DNA of 64,000 nucleotides, from NCBI RefSeq assembly GCF_009914755.1, contig NC_060938.1. The stretch is one strand, 5' to 3'. This stretch comes from the human T2T-CHM13v2.0 reference genome, Homo sapiens. Position numbers and translations under genes: made by a program. Shown here piece after piece: positions 40,950 to 55,408 of this stretch. Under the pieces are notes generated by a model, which searched no databases, had not been told where the DNA came from, and worked only from the letters and a program-made list of their open reading frames with translations. Each line of letters starts with the position of its first letter. Position 1 is the first letter of the stretch.

Positions 40950-41162
40950 GGCAGTGGAAAAAATAAGAATACTGAGATATATATATCAGTATTATATACA
41001 CATATAGATCATATATATGTACATAATACAGTGGAAAAAATACTGATATATATATATCAGTATTATAAACATATGTATATAAGATATATACATAGTATAC
41101 ACACACATAGATATATGCATATAAGATATATAAATACACACACACACACACACACACACATA
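40950..41162. repeat. AT-rich duplicated palindrome plus (TA)/(CA)n
   Basis: Two copies of AATACTG(AT)6CAGTATT, followed by a CA run. Confidence 0.85.
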
Positions 41163-41369
41163 TCTCACAGTGACAAATGGCATAAAACCCTGTGAAAAGA
41201 CCAGAATTTAAAGTTAAACAAAGGAGCCTTCAGATATGCCCCTCACTTGCCCAGCCATGCCTTAATTCCTTATACTGCCTAGTGATGTCCAGTGATGCTC
41301 AGCAGTACAGGTTGCATTAGTTCACTGAGATCCAGTTTTCTCACTTATAAAAAGGGAAATCAATTAAGT

Positions 41370-42275
41370 CATTTATTCAATATCTCTTTACTGAGCACCT
41401 ACTATTTTGCAGGCACTATTCCAGGTGCTGGGGATATAGCAGTGAACAAAACACACAGAAATTCTTCCCTCTCTATGCTCCCTTTCCACCCCACAGCACC
41501 TCCTTGAGCTTTTGTCCCAGCTGGGGAGACAGAAATAAACAGACAAAGTATGTCAGATGGTGCTAAATGCTATGTAGAGAAGTGAACTAAAGGAGCTGAA
41601 GAGCAGAAAGGGGTAAATTGTAAATAAGGTGGTCAAAGGGGGTCTCACTGGAAAGAAGGCATTAGAGCAAAGTCTTCTTAGAGATGAGAGAGTATCACAT
41701 GGTAAGTCATGGAGGCAAGGGGACAATTGCAACTGAGTCCTTGGTGTGTTTGAGGAGGAGCTAGAAGCCAGTGCAGTGGCTGGAGAAGAGTGGGCAAGGC
41801 AGAGTAGCAGGACATGACATCAGAAAGGCAAATCACGGGTATGTTTTATGAAGTGGGGAGCATATGTACAGGACTCTTAGCTCATGATAAGAACTATGCA
41901 TTTAACTCTGAAATGGGATGGAAGGGTTTTAACTGACTTTATTGAGAATAAACTTGGGAGAGGGTGTGACAAGGTAGAGGTGGGGAGAACAGTCAGGAAG
42001 CCATTCTGACAGTCTAGGACTAGAGAGTGGAGGTGGAGGTGGTTGGTTCTGGATGTATTTTGAAGGTAAAGCCAACAAGATTTTGCTGATGGATTGGGGG
42101 TGAGAGTATGAGAGACAAAGACCAAATAGGACACAAGGAGAAAAGTGAAGGAAAAAATGGGGGAAAATGGAGTCATTTTTTCTGAGATAGGGAAGAATAG
42201 AGAGAGGATAAGGAAAAGGTAATCTGAGGTGCCCCATTAGACATCCCAGTGGAGAAGTGGAGGAGACAAAACATC
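41370..42275 (-). mobile_element. L2 LINE fragment
   Basis: ctgagcacctactattttgcaggcactattccaggtgctgggg...ttctggatgtattttgaaggtaaagccaacaagattttgctgatggattgg. Confidence 0.88.
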
Positions 42276-42311
42276 CCCTTTGTGTAGTTGTTATAAGAAT
42301 TAATTAAGTCA

Positions 42312-42615
42312 GGCTGGGTGCGGTGGCTCACGCCTGTTACGCCAGTACTTTGGGAGGCTGAGGCGGGCAGATCACTTGAGGTCAGGAGTTCAAGACCAGC
42401 CTGGCCAACAAGGCGAAACCCCATCTCTGCTAAAAAATACAAAAACTAGCCGGGCATGGTGTCAGGTGCCTGTAAGTCCTAGCTACTCAGGAGGGTGAGG
42501 CAGGGAGAATTGCTTGAACTCAGGAGAAGGAGGTTGCAGTGAGCCAAAATCACGCTGCTGCACTCCACCCTGGGCGACAGAGCAAGACTCCATTTCAAAA
42601 AATAAAAATAAAAAA
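42312..42615 (+). mobile_element. AluS (Sx/Sz-like)
   Basis: Full Alu; imperfect TSD GAATTAATTAAGTCA/GAATTAATTGAATCA. Confidence 0.96.
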
Positions 42616-42639
42616 GGAATTAATTGAATCAAGAGATAC

Positions 42640-42850
42640 TAACGTTAGCTAACACTTATTGACTGTTAGCTGTATCAAGTACTGCTCTAAGTACTTTATC
42701 TGTGCCATCTCATTTACTCCTCCCAACAATCCAGTGAGAAATATTATTTTTGGCCCTATCTTATTGATAAGAAAACTGAAGTTAACTATTTGCCCAAAGC
42801 CATCAGGAATCTGACAAGGCCCATGCCCTTGACACTAGACTCTCCTGTTT
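42640..42850 (-). mobile_element. MIR
   Basis: agctaacacttattga...ctcatttactcctcccaacaatcc...aaactgaa. Confidence 0.75.
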
Positions 42851-43053
42851 TTCCTGGATAACATGAAATATGCCAAGGTCATCGTGGTAAAATGTCAAAA
42901 CAGAAAACCTGTGCTATCTGCAGGTTAATTCTCTAACTCAGGTCCTTTTAACTGACGGTTCATGCTGTCCTTTGTGGCATCTGTATTTTCATGGAACAGG
43001 AAGCCCAGTATGGTCTCCACCCATCTGCACAGGCAAAACTGGAGCTAATGTGC

Positions 43054-43440
43054 TGTCTTAGTCCATTTTGTGTTGCTACAATAGAATACCTGAGACTGGG
43101 TCATTTATAAAGAACTGAGACCTATTTCTTACAGTTCTTTATACAGATAAATCCAAGGTAGAGGGGCCACATCTGTCAAGGGCCTTCTTATACATCATTC
43201 CATGGTGGAAGGTGGAAGGGCAAGATATTGTGCAAGACAGCAAGAGAAGGCTGAGCTTGCTTTTATAACAAGCCCACTTTCAAGATAACGAACACACTCC
43301 TGCAATAATGACATTATTCCATTCATGAAAGCAGAGGCCTCATAACCCAATCGATCACCTCTCAATAGGCTCCAACACTGTTACATTGGGGGTTAAGTTT
43401 CGAATGCATGAACTTTAGGAGACACATTCAAACCATAGCA
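43054..43440 (-). mobile_element. MST (MSTD-like) MaLR solo LTR
   Basis: tgtcttagtccattttgtgttgct...gacacattcaaaccatagca. Confidence 0.88.
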
Positions 43441-45254
43441 TCCAGCTTCTGCTGGTTCATTTTTATAGCAAAACATACATATTAAAGAAATAGAAAAGCA
43501 AGAAACAGAGAACAGCAGAGAGTGTAAAAACACAGAAGTGGGAGAGTACAGGCCACCACCATGAAGACACAAATCTGTAGGGTCCTGGAAAACCACCCAG
43601 GTGTCTCCTGTGAGACCGTGTCTCTCATCTCTTAGATGCAAATTAACAAACAGGCCCAGGACTCCTGAGGAAGAACACCGTGCTCTCCTTCCCACGCTTC
43701 TAAACAACAGGAGAGAGACCAAGAGGACGTAAGGGGTGAAGGAGGCCATTCATCCTTGCCAGCATGAGAGTTCCCCTCCCATCCTTCCTTCTTTCACAGT
43801 AAGACTCACTCACACTTAGACATTCTCAAGAGTCAGGGTAGAAGGAGCAGGTGAGGCCTCTGGATTTAGAATCCTCAAACAGCAAAGCATTTCTGATTCT
43901 TTCTCAAAACCCACCACACCCTCACACCCCCACCTCATGAGGCAATAGCTACATTTGTGTGTGTTTCAGCCATTACAATGCAGCAAGCATTTTAGGTCCA
44001 GTTCATTTTCAGCCAAAAAGAACCCTTGGGGCATAAAGATTCTAATATCTGAAGATAAAGGCAAAGAGAAAAGAGAGGACTCTTCCCCACGTGTAGTCCC
44101 AAGGTTAGGAAGCTTCTGAGTCACATTAGCCAGCTCCTGGCAGGATGTTATCTAAAGAGCCCCTCCTGACCCCACCCCCCCGGTTCCACGTTAAATGTCG
44201 TCTTTCCCAACAAAACCTCTCCATTGAGTGAGGCTCTCTGGAGAAACGTGCCTCTAATAATCACATAAGAAGCTTGGCAGACAAATGTGTGGCCACTGAA
44301 TCCACTAGTAAAGGAGAATATCCAATAATTGAAAGGAGATTTTAAAAACTCACAGGAGCCTTTAGCTGCTTCCTCACAGCTGGTACTCAGGTAGCCAGGA
44401 GCTTTCTCAGGTCACCTAGGCAGCATCCTGTGGGAACCCAGGTGCTGTCCCCTGCCCACTCTCCCCCAAGTCAACAATCCCTGAGGAAGTGTCCTTCGTT
44501 AGCCTGTCCCATGGCTTAATTTTTGCACAAAATACCAGCCTCTAGCATTTGCAGAATGCGGCATGCAACAGAAGTTGAATCTGGCACAAGACCTGGACTC
44601 ACCGGATAACCTTGGGGCTGAGTCTTTTGTTCCTCTAGTCCTTCGGCTCAAAGAGGGGCTGCAATGAGAACCAGAAATGACATTTGAGCTTAAGCCTTTC
44701 CCAGGGAAATAAATCACTGTGAAAAGATATACTTGGAAACCCGATTTGGCCTTTTTTCTCTTTTACTTGAATATCCCTTCAGAGGTATAGAAGAAAGTTC
44801 ACATCACAAAAGCTGCATTTAGAAAGCATTAACTCGGAGGCCAGATTCGAAGAGAAGAAAAAATTTACAGTTAAGGATTAAGCCACTAAGAGCTGGAATA
44901 AGAACCTGGCTTTGGGTAGGATCTTCTCTGCAAAGGTCCAGGTTAGTTCTTAATACAACAGCATGTGACACCACTCAAGCTGGGACTCCTAGCAGATGGC
45001 TCAGTATCTTCCAAGGTGGCCCATGGACCTACTACGGTATTAAGGTTTACGAATGAAAAATGCCCCTGCTTTGGTTTCTAGCATAAATCACTGAGGATAC
45101 TTCTTTAAAAATTTTTCTTTTTGGATATGACAGATTTTTGTTTCAGGAAAAAAAAATGAAGATTTGCATGAAGCAGAAGCCAAGAGAGTGGAATGGACTG
45201 TATTTGTTATCACTGTTATTTGTTTGCTGGTGGTAGGGAGTGCATTTTAAAGTG

Positions 45255-46210
45255 CAGATAGTAGGGGTTTGGTTTTTGTACCCCAGAAAAAGATTCTATA
45301 ACAAGGATGTGAATGGAAATATAGTTGACTTTTGAATGATGCTTGTGGGGGTACCAACCACCCACACACTGGAAAATCTGCAAATAACTTCTGACTCTCC
45401 AAAAACTTAACTACTGGTAGCTTACTATTGACCAGAAGCCTTACTGATAAGCTAAACAATTGATGAATACATACTTTCTATGTTATGTGTATTATATACT
45501 ATATTCTTATAGTAAAGTAAGCTAGAGAAAAGGTTATTAGAAAATCGTAAGGAAGAGAAAATACATTTACTAGTCATTAAGCGGAAGTGGATCATCATAA
45601 AGATCTTTATCCTCACGGTCCTTATGTTGAGTAGACTGAGGAAGAAGAGGAAGAGGAGGGGTTGGTCTTGCTGTCTCAGAGTGGCAGAGGCAGAAGAGGA
45701 GAAGGAGGTAGGAGAGGCAGGAGAGACAGGCACATTCATTGTAACTGTTATTGAAAAACATCTGCATATAAAAAAGTGGACCCATGCAGTTCAAATCTGT
45801 ATTGAGCAAAGGTTAACTGTAGTTTATTTGAAAGGTGATCCCAGGATACTGTTAAGGGAAGGGGTAACGAAGTGAGACAGGGAAGGAAAGGAAATCAATA
45901 AAGTGGGTGTCACTGAGCAAGTTACCACCATAAGCAGCTGAAGCTCATCCTACCAGAAAACCCTGGGGGCTGGTGTACATGGTGCACTTCAGAATTTTTG
46001 CAGTTGAAGAGCTAAGAAGCCGAGGTATGAATACTTCCTGCCTATCTTTGCTCAAGAACTGCCTCTAGAGCATGAAGACGCCATTCTTTCAGCTTCCTCT
46101 GCCTGCTGGCTGGGTGTACCCCAGTGCCCAGATCAAAGCCCACAGCTGAAGGTTGGCAGGGGCTGGTAGCCAGCCAGCTTCAGCACATGGCATGAGTGCT
46201 AAGGAATAAG
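45255..46210 (-). mobile_element. LTR16-like ERVL LTR split by Tigger2
   Basis: acaaggatgtgaatggaaa|Tigger|agtttatttgaaaggtgatcccagg...gtgagacagggaagg...agcaagttaccac. Confidence 0.6.
45322..45819 (-). mobile_element. Tigger2-family DNA transposon
   Basis: TIRs (agttgacttttga...aaggttaactg), TA on both sides; reverse complement of the 4992-5426 element. Confidence 0.9.
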
Positions 46211-47080
46211 AGGGGCATGAACACTACCACTAAAAGTGGACCGGTCACCCATGTAGATTTTTGGCACATATAGATATTTTTGCCCCCGGTTGACCTTATT
46301 TATTTGACATTATAAAATTCTACCAGACAACTATGGAAGCACATGTAATACACATTATACGCATGCACACACACATAAATACACATTATGGCAAATGGTC
46401 ATGATGATGAAATGTGTATTACTCAGTAACCCATACACCAAATTAAAAAAGATCAAGGTGTCTGAAATAATAATAAACTAATAAAATGAGCAAATTGTCA
46501 ACTATAAGGCAGCAGGTGGGAGTCAAGAAGATTGTAGTACAATTTTTGCATTTCTATGTTATTTTTTAGGAAAACAAAAGGAGTAATTTTTCATGCACTT
46601 ACATCATCTATATTCTGACAGCATCCCAATTTTACTTGAAAACAAGTATATTGCCACCAGGTAACAATGAGAATGCTACCTGGAGCTAGTGAATTTAAAC
46701 TAATATTATTAAGTATATACAAAGATGCATGTATTGAAATAGCTATTTTATAAATAGAAATAAATGTAATAAGAAAAGAAAGAATTTAAGAAGGGAAAAA
46801 TGGCCCATATATGATTTGGGCACTCACTTTCTTAATAGGACAAATATGATTTGCCAGAAATTTAAGCACTGAGTATATCACTTGCCATATGCCTCTGTAA
46901 AATGGGAAGATACCACTAATTATAGTGCAACAGTCCCGGTAATGAAGAGGGTTCACTCAGGATTGGTAAGTTCAAAGAAATCTGAGAACTATTTGGAAAT
47001 ATATTGTGTTGAAATCACTCATTATTAATGTGAAATTAGTAATGAGACCTAGTCAGACCCTTTAAAAAGATGCACAATGA

Positions 47081-47434
<354 letters not shown>

Positions 47435-47484
47435 TCACAATCACCCTCCTCAAAGATAACTGCTGCAAATGGTATTTAAGCCTC

Positions 47485-47890
47485 TGTTGCGAGCTAAATT
47501 GTGCTCCCCTCAAAATTTATATGCTAATACCCTAGCCCCCAGTTCCTCAGAATATGACTGTATTTGAAGACAGGGCCTTTAAAGGGATGATTAAGTAAAA
47601 ATGGAGACATTGAGATGAGCCCTAATCTAACATGAATGGCATCCTTATAAAAGAGGGGATTAAGACATATAAAGAGACATCTGATGCATGCTCCCACAGG
47701 AGAAAACACGTGGGGACGCAGAGAGAAAGTAGCCACATCTGCAAGCCACAGAGAGGGGCCTCAGAATGAAATCAACCTGGCTGATGTCTTGACCTTGGAC
47801 TTCCAGTCTCCAGAACTGTAAGACATTTCTGTTTTCTAAACTACCCAGTCAGTGGTATTTTCTTAATGGCACCCCTAGCAAATTAATACA
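47485..47890 (+). mobile_element. MLT1B-like MaLR solo LTR
   Basis: cctcagaatatgactgtatttgaagacagggcc...ggacttccagtctccagaactgt...ccctagcaaattaataca. Confidence 0.9.
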
Positions 47891-48600
<710 letters not shown>

Positions 48601-48714
48601 TTCTATAAAGACATCCCCCTGGCAGGGCAGGAGTGGATCTCTTTCCCTCACCTTCACTGCCCCTGTGTACTATCAATCTTTGGGTTTGTACCTTCCTTTC
48701 ATTTGACCTTCCTA

Positions 48715-49538
<824 letters not shown>

Positions 49539-50879
49539 TTATTTTAGAAACTATGAAATTAATTGGTCCTGGCATTGAGAGTTGCAAATAGCATTATCTG
49601 TTTTCATCCCTTGGGTACTAGCTACAAGCAGCCTAATAGAAAAAGCCTCCCTAGCAATGGCCTGTTAGTAAATCACGCTGATTCTCCAGAACAAATGCCT
49701 TCTTATGCCCTTTAATAGAACATTCCCTTTCCTGGATGCTTTATCTATATTATAAACCCACAGAAAATTATGTAATTTAAAAAAATCAAAGGACTTTTCT
49801 ATCTTATAGCACAGGTAAACTATCTAATCTATTTCACCATGACTTTTTAAGAAATAAATGCCAGCTGTAATTTTGAAAGTACTAAGAACAGGTGTAATAG
49901 TGTGTCCACTGGTCATTTGTCCTGCTCAAGCCTGACTGACAAGGATGAACTTTCTATTCTTATGAATCACCTTAATGCATTCCTGCAGCAGATTTGCAAC
50001 AGTGTTAGTACATTTTAAGGCCGTGGTACTGTAAAACTTGTATCCCAGCTTTGAAATATTTATCATTACTCTTCCTTCCTGTTTGCTCTGAAAATATTCC
50101 CTGGCAAACCTGCGGGAAAAGTTGAGTTCGGTGTCCTCTTCTCTCCTCAATTTCAGGAAACTCTGCCCCTATACTGCAGATAACACCAACAGATAGGTGA
50201 CAATATGAAGAAACATGCTCCCTCTTTGCAGCTGCTGCAGATTTCCTTACAGAAGGAATAGGTCTGTGTGTGAAGAGAGATTGTTCTTGGAAGACCTCAC
50301 CGATCAGGGATCTGGGCAGAACTTGTCCACAGAGACAAGGGGTGGAGGTGGGGGTGGGGCTAGCTGTGTCTCTAGAGGGTGGAACATATGAAGATGTGAT
50401 CAGAGACGTGGGAAATATCTGGGACCCTCATCCATGCCTACTCTCCCAAACCCTTCATTAGAAGTCAAAAATTACAATGAGTTTGTTGTATTCATGTGAC
50501 AAATATCAATTGAGTGCCTACTGTGTGTTTCAGGCACTGATCTAATGGTTGGATTCAGGAGTCTGGGTCATGCTAATGACCTTCTTGAGGATTGGGATGA
50601 CACAGTTTCAAATCTTGGACCCAACATGGTTGTTGAAGGATTATCTGTGATTGTGTAAGTTGTGCACCTGCCACTTAGCCTAAGTCCTTTCTACCCCTCA
50701 TCTCCTGAGCGGAGAAGAGGAGCTGTTAGAAAGTTCTGATAAGGGTAACACAGGCTGTAGTCAGATAACCAGGGAACATTGTCAAGAATGATCAGCCACA
50801 AATACATCACATCAAGCATAGAATAGTTTCACCTCGGGCCTAGAGAAAGACATAAAAATGGCCTTTGTATTAATAAGTA

Positions 50880-51120
50880 AAACACACAGGTAGACAAACC
50901 TGCAGTCAAATATTGTCTCTAGTATTGTGTGTATTTGAGCAGTTACTTAACTTCCCTGAGCCTCAGTATCATCAGGTCCTCACCTATAAAATGGAAATAA
51001 TTATAGTACCCATTGCACAGGTTCATGCTGAAGATAGAATGAGGAATTACACACACACACACACACATATCCCACTACCTGTCACATAATAACTCCATAA
51101 ATGTTAGTTATCATTATTAT
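50880..51120 (+). mobile_element. MIR with internal (CA)n
   Basis: agttacttaacttccctgagcctcag...ataaatgttagttat. Confidence 0.8.
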
Positions 51121-51710
51121 CAAGTCGTACGGAAGGGCCCCTCTTCCCAGCTTTTATGCATTTTTTGCAGAACACCCACTTCCTTCTTTCAGGCACTCAT
51201 AAATTGCATGGGGAGGCATACCCTGACTATCACATCGAATATCATCTTCAGCAAAAAATCCTGACCCTTCTGCAATCAGGACACCTCACTTGTCTAACGA
51301 CATCGGACTCAAACGGGAGGATTCAGGGTTAGGACACTCACACATTTGACTCGAGGAAATGTAATTATTGCACACACAGACGTGCAGATACTTTCGCTTT
51401 CCTTAATGGGAAGCTGAGTACAAAGGAAGGAGCATTGGGCTTAGCCAGAAGAGGTGGGTTGGAGTTCGGATTCTGGTGCCAGCCAGCTCTGTACCTTGAC
51501 CATCACAGTTTTTTTCTGAATGCCTTTTCTTACTGACCACTGTTCTAAGGTCTGTAAGATGAAGGGGTCTGTAAAGAACTCGGTACAAATGAAATTTAGG
51601 GTGGTATTATTGTTTGGATGACACAGAAAGACAGTGGTCTTGAAATCAGACAGACTCAGGTTTGCTTTCCTGGTTTGACACTCACTGGCTGTGAAAAAAA
51701 GACGAGTATC

Positions 51711-52005
51711 AGCCGGGCACGGTGGCTCACGCCTGTAATCCCAGCACTTTGGGAGGCTGAAGCGGGTGGACCATGAGGTCAGGAGATCAAGACCATCCTG
51801 GCTAACACGGTAAAACCCTGTCTCTACTAAAAATACAAAAAATTAGCCAGGTATGATGGCTCAAGACTAATCTCAGCTACTTGGGAGGCTGAGCCAGGAG
51901 AATCACTTGAACCTGGGAGACAGAAGTTGCAGTGAGCCGAGATCACGCCACTGCGCCCCCGCCTGGGCTACAGAGCAAGACTCCGTCCCAAAAAAAAAAA
52001 AAAAA
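51711..52005 (+). mobile_element. AluSc8/Y-like
   Basis: gaccatcctggctaacacgg left arm with an S-type right arm. Confidence 0.95.
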
Positions 52006-52534
52006 TACCAAAGAGCTTTAAACTTTAAAACAAAAGCTGTGTGGTTGTTATTTGGGGCTGTGATTCAACACAATTAGAGCATTTCTTTGGGCAGCTGTGT
52101 AGCCCATAACCCAACAAGGTAGAACAGAAAAGTAAAGCCAATTAAGCCAGAAAAAGCAGGGGAAATGCCAAAACAGCAGAAGTCATTTTTCAACTTCTGG
52201 TTCCAGAATTTGGAACCAGAGAGGTGGCTACGGAGTCTACCTGTTCGTGGTGGGAAGCTCACCCATAACCTGAGGCTGCTGACAGGAATTCAACAGAGCA
52301 GAGATTCTGAGTACTTCCCCTGACCCAGCAGCCCTGTTTTCTCAAGCTCCAACAGGTGAGTTCTCTGTGGCCTCCTTCAAATGCCTAAATATCAGCACCC
52401 AGCCTGCTTGGCAAGGAGGGGACCCTGCGGCCAGAGGCACAGTTGGAGAGTGTTGATCTGCACTCACTCCCAAATAAACATCCATGGCTATTTCATTAGC
52501 CTCACACACCTTTCCATCCTTGGTTGATTCGTTC

Positions 52535-53959
52535 TGTGTCCGGAATTGGTTGGTTCTCGGTCTCACTGACTTCAAGAATGAAGCCGCGGACCCTCGCAAT
52601 GAGTTACAGTTCTTAAAGGTGGCGTGTCCGGAGTTTGTTCCTTCTGATGTTCGGATGTGTTCGGAGTTTCTTCCTTCTGGGGGGTTTGTGGTCTCGCTCT
52701 AAGCTGCAGACCTTCCTGGTGAATGTTACAGCTCTTAAGCGGGCGCGTCTGGAGTTGTTTGTTCCTCCCAGTGGGTTTGTGGTCTCACTGGCTTCAGGAG
52801 TGAAGCTGCAGACCTTCGTGGTGTTACAGCTCATAAAGGCAGTGTGGACCCAAAGACTGAGCAGCAGCAGCAGCATTTAAGGCAAAGAACAAAAAGAACA
52901 AACCTTCCACAGCGTGGAAGGGAACCCGAGCAGGTTGCACACAGCTGGCTCAGGAAGCCTGCTTTTATTCTCTTATCTGGCCCCACCCACATCCTGTTGA
53001 TTGGTCCATTTTACGGAGAGCTGATTGGTCTGTTTTACAGAGAGCTGATTGGTCCGTTTTGACAGGGTGCTGATTGGTGCGTTTACAATACCTGAGCTAG
53101 ACACAAAAGTTCTCCACGTCCCCACTAGATTAGCTAGATACAGTGTCGATTGGTGTATCCACAAACCCTGAGCTAGACACAGGGTGCTGATTGGTGTGTT
53201 CACAAACCTTGAGCTAGACACAGAGTGCTAATTGGTGCACTCGCAATCCCTTAGCTAGACACAAAGGTTCTCCAAGTCCCCACTAGACTCAGGAGCCCAA
53301 CTGGCCTCACCCAGTGGATCTCGCACCGGGGCCGCAGGTGGAGCTGCCTGCCAGTCCTGCGCCGTGCACCCCGCACTTCTCAGCCCTTGGGCGGTCAGTG
53401 GGACCGGGCGCCGTGGAGCAGGGGGCGGCACTCGTAGGGGAGGCTCAGGCCGCCATGCAGGAGCCCATGGCAGGGGGATGGGGGGGACGGGGGGAGACTC
53501 AGGCATGGCGGGCTGCAGGTCCCCAGCCCTGCCCCTCGGGGAGGCAGCTAAGTAAGGCCTGGCGAGAAATCGAGCGCAGCGCCAGTGGGCCAGCACTGCT
53601 GGGGGACCCGGCGCACCCTCCGCAGCTGCTGGCCTGGGTGCTAAGACTCTCACCACCCGGGGCCGGCAGGGCCGGCCGGCCGCCCCGCCGCCCCGAGTGC
53701 GGGGCCTGCCAAGCCCATGCCCACCCGGAATTCTAGCTGGCCCACAAGCGCTGCGCGCAGCCCTGGTTCCCGCCCGTGCCTCTCCCTCCACACCTCCCCG
53801 CAAGCCGAGGGAGCTGGCTCCGGCCTCGGCCAGCCCAGAGAAGGGCTCCCACGGTGCAGCGGGGGGGCTGAAGGGCTCCTTAAGCGTGGCCAGAATGGGC
53901 GCCCAGGCCAAGGAGGCACCGAGAGTGAGCGAGGGCTGCCAGCAGGCTGTCACCTCTCA
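52535..53959 (-). mobile_element. LTR12C-type (ERV9) solo LTR
   Basis: Minus strand begins TGAGAGGTGACAGC and ends AATTCCGGACACA; exact 4-bp TSD GTTC (52531-52534, 53960-53963); GC/CpG-rich U3 and tandem CCAAT repeats. Confidence 0.97.
52930..53240 (-). promoter_or_regulatory. LTR12 promoter: 7 CCAAT boxes, CACCC, GATA and TATA-equivalent AATAAA
   Basis: ATTGG at ~53000, 53024, 53048, 53073, 53149, 53190 and 53231; CCCCACCC 52981; CTTATCT 52972; TTTATT 52964-52969. Confidence 0.75.
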
Positions 53960-55030
53960 GTTCTACTTCTTGAATAATGCTGTCCTTACGTTCTGCTGCA
54001 AATGCCAGGTCTAGCTAGTGCACAAACATTAATTACACTGTATTCCCCAGTGTTTCTGTAAAGAGGATTGACGGCGTCCCTTTTGAGAATGGTAGAGGAG
54101 TAAAAAAGACAGAAAAATCTCTGAAATCATCTGACTCCCCAAGGTTTTGCTCCCAAATAAACATTTAATTTGTATTCATTGTTGTGCTTTCCTCATGCTT
54201 CTGACATTAAGAAGTTTTTAGTATGATTCCACTGAAAAGAAACTTTGGGCAAAATAAATGCCAGAAAGGAAAGTGGTTGTCTCTTCAAGTGCTTCACATC
54301 CTTTTTCTTTATTTTTTTAATGCTTACAAAACAAGGTGATGGTCAGGCTAAAGGTCCATCCCACCAGGCAGACTGCCCTGCTATTTGTAGCTGCAGGATG
54401 CTCGAAAACATCTGACAAGCCCCACAGAAAGGACTATTTTCAGTGCCAAGGAGAAAGCAAAGGGCCTGAAGGCCAAATCTTGCTATCTCAAAATGATGGT
54501 TATTATTTGCCTGTGTTAGCTACAGCTGATATTTTTTTTATCCCAAGAAAACCCTGTCATCGTGGTATTTATTGTCTTCCCACTGTGGTCCTCCTTCCTA
54601 ATGTCTGTTGCCCTGCCAGCTGGAGGAGGGACATCTGCCCCTTCCCTGAATGTCACTAGAAGTCTGTTAAAGGAGGAAATAAAGTGTGACCTCATCTGCA
54701 ATCCCCAAATCCCAAAGGTGTTGCAGCTTCAGTGCACACCCAACAAAGGTGAGTGTCCCAGCACGAGGCCTCAACTCCTGTGCAGTCTCCATTTGCACTT
54801 ATCCAGGTTCCTTTAGGACTTCACACATACACACATGCACACACACACACAGGTCCAGCCTTGCTTCCAATCGCCCTTTGGGGCAGGGAGTAAACCCTTC
54901 ATCAAGACAAAGCTAGTCACACAGACTATACCCTGATGCAGAATTTTCACTGGCAGATGTCAGGAAAAGGAGTTTATCTGTAAGATTCAAAGAGCTCTTG
55001 TTAGATGATGAAACCCTTTCAAATCTAATA

Positions 55031-55408
55031 TTTTTTATTTTCATTTTTATTTTTAAGTTCTGGGGTACATGTGCAGGATGTGCAGGTTTGTTACATAGGT
55101 AAACGTGTGCCATGGTGGTTTGCTGCACCTATCAACCTATCACGTAGAACTTAAGCCAAGCATGCATTAGCTATTTTTCCAATGCTCTCCTTCCCCCCAC
55201 CACACCCCCTGATAGGCCCCTGTGTGTTTTTCCCCTCCCTGTGTCCATGGGTTCTCATTCTTCAGCTCCCACTTATAAGTGAGAACATGTGGTGTTTGGT
55301 TTTCTGTTCCTGTGTTAGTTTGCTGAGAATAATGGCTTCTAGCTCCATTCATGTTCCTACAAAAGACATAATTTCATTCCTTTTTATGGCTGCATAGTAT
55401 TTCATGGT
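55031..55408 (-). mobile_element. L1PA (PA8-13-like) 3' end, 5'-truncated
   Basis: ggggtacatgtgcaggatgtgcaggtttgttacataggtaaacgtgtgccatggtggtttgctgcac. Confidence 0.93.

Noticed and set aside
52998-53280. Regularly spaced ~24-41-bp repeats resembling an array
   Set aside because: Standard LTR12 U3 CCAAT tandem repeats with no unique spacers; not CRISPR-like
53255-54014. 232-aa and overlapping Pro/Ala/Gly-rich ORFs
   Set aside because: They lie almost entirely within the GC-rich LTR12 U3; long frames there reflect stop-codon scarcity, not a gene
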